Source of the DNA: Octopus sinensis
Taxonomy: Eukaryota
Direction: 5' to 3'
Assembly: GCF_006345805.1 (NCBI RefSeq)
Contig: NW_021824868.1
Span: 1-17,297 of the forward strand
DNA: 17,297 nucleotides
A program made the translations under genes and the position numbers. The notes beneath the pieces were generated by a model. That model searched no databases and was not told the DNA's origin. It was given only the letters and a program-made list of their open reading frames with translations. Below, in pieces: positions 9,081 to 17,297 of the stretch. How positions within the stretch are numbered: position 1 is the first letter of the stretch; every line of letters begins with the position of its first letter.

Positions 9081-9534
9081 AGCCTAATAGAATAAAAGCG
9101 GTCTCGTGTACTGTACATTGCCGTTAGGTGGAGAACTATCTAACAGTGATATATCTCCAATGAAGGACTCTATCCAAAACATAAGATATTTTCTATCCGT
9201 GCAGCCTTTTAAACTCATTTGTTTGCTTCTACTAGCTGCATGGTGAAGAATGTTTGAAATTCTAGGAAACAAAGATAAGGAAAAAGGCAGAAGTGATTCA
9301 GAGTTTTATTATGTTCTAAAAATTGGTCATTGTCTTCCGAATCAATCGTTGTTTGTTGATTGGTAAAAGTTTCAAAAGAGTTTAAAATTTTCTGTGCATC
9401 TACCGGCAGGAAAAAAACAGCAGTCACCGAAGCAGACTACCACCAGTTTCCGCCGATTCCGGATTTTAGTTTATAGTCAAAATAGCTTTATTAAGGCTGA
9501 TGAGTGTGCTCTTTAAATTGATCTTCGTTGTGAG

Positions 9535-9655
9535 TATGTATGTATGTATGCGTGTGTGTATGTATGTATGTATGTATGTATGTATGTATGTATGTATGTA
9601 TGTATGTATATATGCTTGTATGTATGTGTGCGTGTGTGTATAGATGATGATGAGT

Positions 9656-9693
<38 letters not shown>

Positions 9694-9723
9694 ATGATGA
9701 TTTCATGCACCGCTCTCTCACTC

Positions 9724-9783
<60 letters not shown>
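9535..9783. repeat. (TATG)n, (GAT)n and (AAT)20 microsatellites
   Basis: (AAT)20 at 9724-9783; (GAT)n at about 9642-9692; (TATG)n upstream. Confidence 0.95.
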
Positions 9784-9784
<1 letters not shown>

Positions 9785-10886
9785 CAGCGTATCAGTTTTG
9801 AGATATTAAAGGAAAAATTAACCATTTGCTCTACATGAATGATCTGAAGCTTTTTAGTATGAAGAAAACTAGATTCCTTAATACAAACTGTAATACCTAT
9901 GGAATTTGGTATAGATACGTGCACAATATTTGTCATGAAAAAGAGACAGGTAGTCAACAGTGAAGGCATCAAATTACTAGATGGCTAGACATTAAAACCA
10001 TTAAAAGAAAGAAAAACTTATAAGTATCTAGGAATATTAAAATCTGACAGAGTACTAACTATAGAAATGAAAGGGAAAATTGAGGAGAACATCAGAAGGG
10101 TGAGGAAGCTAATGAAGTCAAAGCTAAATGGTCCAAATTTAGTGAGGGTTTTAAACACTTGGGCAGTATCGTTATTTAGATATTCAGTAACTTTTGTAGA
10201 CTGGACAAAATCTAGATTAGTAAATCTAGACAGAAGAACTAAGTAGGAATTCATCCAAGAGCAGGAACAACAGGACTATATTTACCTAGAAAGGATGGTG
10301 GTAGAGGTTTAATATCAGTACAAGTCTGTGTGGAGTTAGCTGGAGTAGATATAGCCTCCTATGTAGGTAATAGTGAAGAAATGTTATCAAGAACTGCCAG
10401 GATAACGTCAAATGAAATATAAAAGAAAAGAAAACAGAAAAACGAAGCAAGACTATCTGACTGGCAAGAGAAGGCTTTGCATGGTAGATTTCCAAAAATA
10501 GTTGTAGGAAATAGTAATAGTGAGACGTGGTTATGGTTGCAGAAAGGGAGGCTGAAAATGGAGGCAGAAAGTGTGTTAGAAGCAGCACAAGATCAAGCTT
10601 TGAGGAATAATTTGATAAAAACTATGGTAGACAAAAATCAGGTAGATTACCAATGTTGGTGATGTAAATCAAAAGAAGAAAGTGTTATTCATATAGTTAT
10701 TGAATGTGACATGGAAAGACAAAGAGAATAGAAAATGCCAGGTAATTGACTTTACAGTTCTAAATGATTAGAAAGTCCGTATGACAGTATAGAGAAATTA
10801 GCAAAGTACCAAGACCTAGCCATTGAGTTACAGACGCATACAAAGCGCGGGTAAAATGTATCCTTGTAGTTACTGGTGCATTAGGT
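9784..10886 (+). mobile_element. Decayed R4/Dong-clade LINE: RT C-terminal half, CCHC knuckle and restriction-like endonuclease
   Basis: INHLLYMNDLKLF (YMDD changed to YMND), MEFGID.C, YKYLGI, KLNGPNLVRVLNTWAVSLFRYS, LYLPRKDGGRGL, WQEKALHGRF, QDQAL, C-x2-C-x8-H-x4-C (10654-10707), VIDFTV, EKLAKYQDLAIELQ, VVTGALG. Many stops, frameshifts and deletions. Confidence 0.88.
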
Positions 10887-10941
10887 GTATTCTCCCATGT
10901 GATGTCCTTGGTCATTGTCGACAACGACAGATGAACTAATT

Positions 10942-10993
<52 letters not shown>

Positions 10994-11132
10994 TATGATA
11001 TATTACATACATATATTACATACATTCATATATATATAAAACATACATACATTCCTATATATATATATTATATATATAATTATATATATTTGTTGCGCAA
11101 GACTTTTTATGTGACGTCGTGTGTTGAAACAG

Positions 11133-11333
11133 ATATTGTTATATTTCGGAATGGTAATTTTGCCAGTTAGCCAATAAAACGCACGCACTATATATTTGGT
11201 GTTATTTTGGCCGAAATAAGATTAAGATTAACGTAAAAAATAAATAACACTGAAGCAAAATAACACCAAATATATAGTGCGTGTGTTTTTATTGGCTAAA
11301 CTGGCAAAGTGACCATTCGAAATATAACAATAT
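11133..11333. repeat. Fold-back structure with ~77-bp imperfect arms, probably an inverted PLE terminal-repeat remnant
   Basis: 11133-11209 is the near reverse complement of 11256-11333 with a 46-nt spacer, flanked by TA-rich repeats. Confidence 0.75.
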
Positions 11334-11347
11334 ATATATATGTATAT

Positions 11348-11392
<45 letters not shown>

Positions 11393-11409
11393 GTGTGTGT
11401 GGTGTGTGT

Positions 11410-11457
<48 letters not shown>

Positions 11458-11477
11458 GTGGGTATTATATATATATA

Positions 11478-12455
11478 TATAGGGATAAATATTTTATATA
11501 TAAAGAACGTGAAATACAGGAAGGGACAAACACAGAACACAGACAAATCATTCGAAGCCTTCAATCTTCAGTCAGACACCGAATCATCATAGCAAATTTC
11601 GGCTGTTCAATTCTGATATTTGCTCCAACTCGGCCAGCCCCAAGAAAAAAAAAATAAGCTGTAGGCATTAGATTTCTTGGTAGAAGACAGGAATGTGAAC
11701 GCACGAGACGGATGTAAATACGAGAGACGAAAACGAAATTGAAAACGGTAACGGTTAAACAAAATATAATATAACGGTGGTTGTCATACGACTTTAGACC
11801 AATGAGACAAAACAAACAACAACATAGCAGCTGGCGTAGAAATATTACCTTTTCGGTAGAGGGGACAAATACAGATGTTGGCGAGATACGATCGCCAACG
11901 AAATGGTGGAGAAGCAGCAGGTTTGCAGGGGAGAGAGAGAAAGAGAGACAGAGAGAGGGAATCAAAGAGGGTGGAAGGCAGGGGAAGAATCAGTCAGAGA
12001 CCAAGAGAAAAAGAGAGAGAAGGGATTGAGGAGGATGGGAGGAAGAGGGGGGAAGAAAAAAGGCGCCAAAATAGTTTGGTCAAGAAGCAATGGTGGACAG
12101 GAAAGAAAGATGTCGTGCAGAGTTTAAAATTGTGATAAACAAACGGGGGGTGCACGTAACGCCGCAATAATATAGGGATAAATATTTTATATATAAAGAA
12201 CGTGAAATACAGGAAGGGACAAACACGGAACACAGACAAATCATTCGAAGCCTTCAATCTTCAGTCAGACACCGAATCATCATAGCAAATTTCGGCTGTT
12301 CAATTCTGATATTTGCTCCAACTCGGCCAACCCCAAGAAAAAAAACTAAGCTGTAAGCATTAGATTTCTTGGTAGAAGACAGGAATGTGAACGCACGAGA
12401 CGGATGTAAATACGAGAGACGAAAACGAAATTGAAAACGGTAACGGTTAAACAAA

Positions 12456-12460
<5 letters not shown>
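11478..12460. mobile_element. Non-coding unit bounded by ~290-bp direct repeats (offset 692-693), PLE/LTR-like
   Basis: 11478-11768 and 12171-12460 differ at only a handful of positions. The interior is purine-rich on + with no coding signal. (TA)n flanks both sides. Confidence 0.7.
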
Positions 12461-12517
<57 letters not shown>

Positions 12518-12659
12518 CATATATATATATATATATTATATCTATATATACATATATTATTACATATCTATATTATTGTTAAAGAGAACAACAAACGTTA
12601 AGGCAAGGCGAACACTCTAGTCAAATAAATTATTTTTATTATTGGAAAAAAGATTCAAA

Positions 12660-12715
12660 GTCTTACAGCTGTTTCTGGGATATCCCAGAGTATGGGATAT
12701 TCCGTCATCGGAAAC
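12660..12715 (-). ncRNA. Minimal type I hammerhead fold in an isolated PLE-like terminal repeat fragment
   Basis: Minus strand: GTTT-CCGATGA-C-GGAATATCCCA tactc TGGGATATCC-CA-GAAA-CAGCTG-T-A-AGAC. Stem III palindrome ACAGCTGT, GUA cleavage triplet, core U4 changed to C. Confidence 0.65.
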
Positions 12716-12805
12716 AATTCATCACAGCACTCACCTAGCCTACCTAGTCGTTTAGATTACCTATGAACTAAACCCCCATATTTTGCATATATACACACAC
12801 ATACA

Positions 12806-12871
<66 letters not shown>

Positions 12872-12873
<2 letters not shown>

Positions 12874-13071
12874 ATAATCCCTCGACTATTGCGAGTGTTG
12901 CGTTCCAAAACCTCCCACGGGAATAATTAAAATCTAAAAAAAAATATAAATACCTAGAAACCCGCGATATACGGAGGAGTCCGCGATATAAATTTACATA
13001 TATTAGCCAGAAAAAATCTGCGATGTACAGTTTGCCCGATAGGTGAACTGCGATATGACGAGAAATTTCTG
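12872..13071. mobile_element. Tigger/pogo-like MITE (200 bp), TA-flanked
   Basis: TA|CAATAATCCCTCG ... CGAGAAATTTCTG|TA (ends 9/13 complementary, both close to CAGTAATCCCTCG). Repeated internal CGCGATA-type motifs are typical of Tigger-like MITEs. Confidence 0.65.
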
Positions 13072-13133
13072 TATATGTGTGTATGTATGTTTGAGTATAT
13101 CAGAAACAGCTTTACTTTTATACGTCTTATTGT

Positions 13134-14350
13134 ATACACGACTGTGGTGTTCAAGTTTTATCCTTTGTATCTTAGATTTTTCGTATCATATTAATTTTTT
13201 TTTCTTTTTATTATTGGTTTGAAACAGTTCCTAAATCCAAATTCAACGTTTCCAGGCTATCGCAGTCTCATTTTCAATAACTGAATATATTTGGTGTCTG
13301 TTGTTTCTTATATACGGGTTGAATTCATATACTACCCATCAAAAAGGATTTCTGGCTGTTAACTCCGTACATCAGCAGTCACATGTTGTTAGTAGTAAAA
13401 TCATTCCTCAGAAGAGCATTTTTTTTGCCGTCCTCAAACAATACACTAGAGAAGAAAATACATAGACTAAAACAAACATTAGTTGACAACGGATATTCTG
13501 ACAAACGAGGAGACCGAAATATAGAAGAACGCTGAGGCAAATATAATACAACAAATACATCAGATAATACACCTAATATAAATACACAAACCACGCATAA
13601 AATCTACTACATGAAACAAATGCATAAAAAATATCGGACAGACGAACATATAATCAGAATTCTCGTAAAACCGAACACAAAATGCCTCATACCTGGCCAT
13701 AATCTAAAACTAATAATATACTATAGAAATACCAAAACCAAAAAATACCTTATCAATAACACACCACGAGCATGTAAACCCGAGAACAAGTTACATATGA
13801 CCAGCGTAATCTATAAATTTGACTGTAAAACTGAAAGTTGAAAGTTGCAGACTTCAGAACTCTTGCTGTTACGCTGAACATACTAGTACAATATTCTCTA
13901 GTAGACTCACCATGCACTTACAACATGGAACTATTACAAAATGTTATACCAGATACCACAAAGCGAAATTAGATAGGAAAATACTTGAGGAAAATACATG
14001 TTCTACAAAACTCTCCACAAAAAATTTGAAGATTAAATATACTCAGCTCACAAGACAATCCCAAAATCAACATGCAAATAAAAGACATAAAAGAAATAAC
14101 ACGAGGTTAACATAAAAACTTAATGGTAAAAGATTTGACCGCTACAAGCAAATCATCACATGAATGGCGATGTATGAAGCTACTGATAGAAAAACTTTTG
14201 GCGGGAAAGCCTATATGAATTAAACTCGTATATCAGAAACAACAAAGACCCTAAATATATCCACCTCTTCATATGAGACTGTGAGGTGTGGAAAGATTGA
14301 ATTACGAAAATTTTAAATACAAAAGATAGAACTTGAACACAGTCGTGTAT
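13134..14350 (+). mobile_element. Penelope-like element remnant (RT thumb/linker plus C-terminal GIY-YIG) between inverted pLTRs
   Basis: Broken reading SFLRRAF..IHRLKQTLVDNGYS..KIYYMKQMHKKYRTDE..LKLIIYYRNTKTK..SVIYKFDC..CYAEHTSTIFSSRLTMHLQHG..RKILEEN (about 13385-14115). 13134-13330 is an inverted, diverged copy of 14213-14350. Each copy has a decayed hammerhead-like segment. Confidence 0.8.
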
Positions 14351-14581
14351 TGAGAGAAACATTATATGCTTAGATGGATAGATAGATAGATACATACATA
14401 CATACATACATACATATTTATATGTGCATACCTTTATATATACATATATACAACGACCTCGAACACACAAGTGCAAACAAGGGAGACAGAGAAAGGCAGA
14501 ACACTTTATATTTGAACACTATAAAAATATTCCTTTAAAAAAACTTTTCTTTTAATTTTTCTAAATTTAAATATTTAATCG

Positions 14582-14625
14582 TTACAGTTGAAAAGGTCTC
14601 AAAATGACCGAAACCGGTACTGAAA
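14582..14625 (+). ncRNA. Minimal type I hammerhead ribozyme, U3:A8 core variant
   Basis: TTACAG-TTGAAAA-GGTC tcaaaat GACC-GAAA-CCGG-T-A-CTGAAA. Stem I 5/6 paired, stem II perfect, stem III palindrome ACCGGT, GUA triplet. Confidence 0.65.
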
Positions 14626-14670
14626 TGTTCTTTATAAAATTATTTTAGCATTTTCTATTTTGACTTGTTT

Positions 14671-14713
<43 letters not shown>

Positions 14714-14817
14714 CAATATAGGGTGGCAAAAAATTTCGCAGAATTTTTTGCCACAGCGGCCTAGTGGGAAAAAAGTAAATAGTCATAGACCATTTATAAA
14801 TTCAACAGCAAAATTAA

Positions 14818-15221
14818 GGAACGGCCATAATAGGCCATTCAACCCAATTATGAATTTTCTGTTTAATTCCGTAATGGAATCGGCAGCTTATATTTGCTGC
14901 CGATAAATTTGGCGCGAGTGCGATGATTTGAAAATTTTAGGTCAGATATTGCCGAGACAGTAGTGGAACTGCCTCGTGGAAATATCTGCCCCGATCTGGC
15001 TGACTTTACTGATGAATCTACTGGCCTATGGAAGATTAGCTTGATTTAATTTAATCAGGTTGATTTACCATTAAAGAATAGACGAAACGATGCATCGTAT
15101 AAAGTATTACAGGGTAAATGTTTTTTAAATTTTCTCCTGGTTTACGGAATTAATTATTGTTTTGCGGTTGAAGCCTTGGGTGTTATTTCTAGTGGGTTGA
15201 ATGGCCTATTATGGCCGTTCC
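14818..15221. mobile_element. 404-bp MITE with perfect 29-bp TIRs and TTAA TSD (Kolobok-like)
   Basis: TTAA|GGAACGGCCATAATAGGCCATTCAACCCA (14818-14846) ... TGGGTTGAATGGCCTATTATGGCCGTTCC|TTAA (15193-15221). Sub-terminal inverted 12-mers at 14863-14874 and 15142-15153. TTAA with RR..YY ends fits Kolobok rather than piggyBac (CC ends). Confidence 0.8.
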
Positions 15222-15227
15222 TTAATT

Positions 15228-15302
<75 letters not shown>

Positions 15303-15593
15303 ATTGTTGTATTTTCGCGGACGGTCATTTTATTTTATTTTATTTTTTGCCAAATAAACACCACACAATATAATTTTTTATTTTTTCACTCGTTTATTAC
15401 TGTTCTTATTTTATTATATTAACTTATGTGCATTGTCCGGAAATCTTTCGCTGCGCATCTGTGTCCTCTTCAGCGTCACTTTTCGTTACCATGGTTGTTC
15501 TTGCTCCACTTATTCCATTCTGTTCTTCTAAGATATGTATCCTTATGTGCATTTGTGTCCTTGTTTCTGTGTGTGAGTGTGTGCTTGTGTGTG

Positions 15594-16037
15594 TGGAGGC
15601 CTACATCAAGAGCCTGGAGGATATAGTGCTGCCCTGGGTCAAGTGGGTGACTGCTCGAAGACCCTATGTCTGACAACAGGCCTCTGCACCATGCCGCACA
15701 AGCAGGAGAACCCAGTTGTGGCTGTCAGACAATTTCTGCGACTGCATCACCCCTAACATCTGGCCACCTAACTCCCCAGATTGCAACCCCCTTGATTATT
15801 ATGTGTGGGGGGCGCAGTTGAGAGAGGAAGACCAACAAAACTCCTTGTAACACCAAAGATGAACTGAAGACAAGGATTATGGCAGCATTCACCAACTAAA
15901 ACAAGGAGACCATCCAGAAAATTTAGTTGCAGGAGATTCCGAAGTAGTCTGGAGGCCGTGGTTGAAGCCAATAGCGATTTTATTGAATAAATTTATCTTA
16001 TTATATATAATGTGTATATATATATATATATATATAT

Positions 16038-16081
<44 letters not shown>

Positions 16082-16191
16082 ATCTGTTATATATATATAT
16101 CTGTTATATATATATATATCTGTTAAAATGAGATGTCAGTGTTATGTTCCCTTTTGCGTAATTTAAACAACAGTTTATTCACCGCACCCTG
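15594..16191 (+). mobile_element. 3' part of a Tc1/mariner DD37D (maT-type) transposon, pseudogenised
   Basis: EAYIKSLEDIVLPWVK..RPYV*QQASAP..WPPNSPDCNPLDYYVW..TKDELK..LEAVVEANSDFIE* (stop at 15988-15990). There are 37 residues between the second D position (mutated to A) and the D of PLDY. Terminus ...CACCGCACCCTG|TA at 16191. Confidence 0.88.
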
Positions 16192-16203
16192 TATATATAT
16201 ATA

Positions 16204-16234
<31 letters not shown>

Positions 16235-17297
16235 ATGTATGTATGTATGTATGTATAAGAATGTACTCTGTGTGTGTGCACGCGCGAGTATATGTGTGTG
16301 CATCTATATGTAAGTGTCTGTCTAAAAGCTTTTGCTAGAATATTATTCGGAGTATTTCTTATTCGGACTTTAATACATAAAAAGTATGTAAATCTATATT
16401 TAATGTTTTCTATACCAACGGAAATTAATGTTGTCTTTCTTGGTTCTAAGTTCAGATTTTGACGGATTCTACAGTTTTTTTTTTAGTTTTTTTTTTTTTT
16501 TTGTCTCTTTGGAAAGTCAAACTAATGATTTGGAAAATCGTTCTAGTATACCTATCTTTACTCATGTCCTTTCAAAATTTGTCTGACGCCTAAAGAAAAA
16601 TCAATATCACTGGAAATTAGATGCACAGTTATAAGTTAACAATATTACCGAAACTACACAGCAACCAAGAACATCTTAGTTTCATGGGCATGAAAATGCC
16701 TTTATTTATTTTTTTTTTTCAGCTAGTCAAATTCGAAACGAGCGAGAAAAATAAAAAGTAAAATGATTATCAACACAATAGTAGATAGATTCGCAATGCT
16801 GATGGTTTATACAAAAAATCACTCAGTGTTGGTATATTCAATGAGCCTTTGTTAGTTTTCACCATAAATTGATGATAAATGAAGCTGGAAACACTAATGT
16901 TAACCTTTATTTGTTTTTGATGCTATTTCTAAAGTATACACAAGCTGAAAATTGTTAATGACATGTCTATTTTCTTTTCCATTCATCTTGTATCTTCTTT
17001 CCGTAAGAAAGCAATTGAAGACACTCTTGAAACGTTATTGTTGGTTTTTCATGAACTACAGCATGAAATACAATGCTACTGCTGAATCAAAGTAGACTTA
17101 GTTTAGAGTTCAAGCTTGGAGAAAACTTCCTTTATTTATTTCATTTATTTATTTTTTTTTTTTTAAATTTTTATTAGACCCCACCATGATAAGAAAGAAG
17201 GAAGGAAAGAAAGAAAGAAAGGGAAAAGAAAGGAAGGAAGAAAGAAGGAAATGACACGAAGAGTTAATCATCTAGCACGATTTCATAGCTGCCATTC

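Noticed and set aside
11540-11580. Hammerhead in the 290-bp direct repeats (minus-strand CTGAAGA)
   Set aside because: Stem II has only 3 bp, GAAT replaces GAAA, and stem I does not pair. Kept only as a hint.
14818-15221. Merlin, PIF/Harbinger or piggyBac assignment of the MITE
   Set aside because: There is no 8-9-bp TSD (Merlin), the 3-bp flanks TAA/TTA are not a direct repeat (PIF), and the ends are GG rather than CC (piggyBac).
14719-16191. Single Tc1/mariner element spanning TAGGGTG (14719) to CACCCTG (16191)
   Set aside because: The two ends agree only in the first 7 nt (AGGGTG core) and diverge immediately after, so they are not a TIR pair.
17009-17086. Plus-strand exon KAIEDTLETLLLVFHELQHEIQCYC after a pyrimidine tract
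   Set aside because: It is only 25 codons with no recognisable homology and is expected by chance.

Overview
AT-rich, microsatellite-saturated eukaryotic DNA with no confidently recognisable host gene. Repeat style and SINE types resemble an octopus/cephalopod genome (recognition from memory, not a database hit). Most supplied ORFs are simple-repeat artefacts. The window is a patchwork of decayed mobile elements: an RTE reverse transcriptase fragment, an R4/Dong LINE fragment abutting (AAT)20, a LINE-like 3' end inside (GATA)n, several tRNA-derived SINEs (one with a 12-bp TSD), a Tigger-like MITE, a TTAA-flanked Kolobok-like MITE, a DD37D (maT) transposase remnant and several Penelope-like (PLE) pieces. 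The most striking signal is a set of minimal type I hammerhead ribozyme folds with palindromic stem III. Two have non-canonical cores that keep the 3-8 Watson-Crick pair (G3:C8 at 5146-5195; U3:A8 at 14582-14625). The G3:C8 copy lies in a 395-nt repeat unit with a 5' inversion and an ORF whose stop codon begins exactly at the predicted cleavage site, suggesting a retrozyme-like mini-element.
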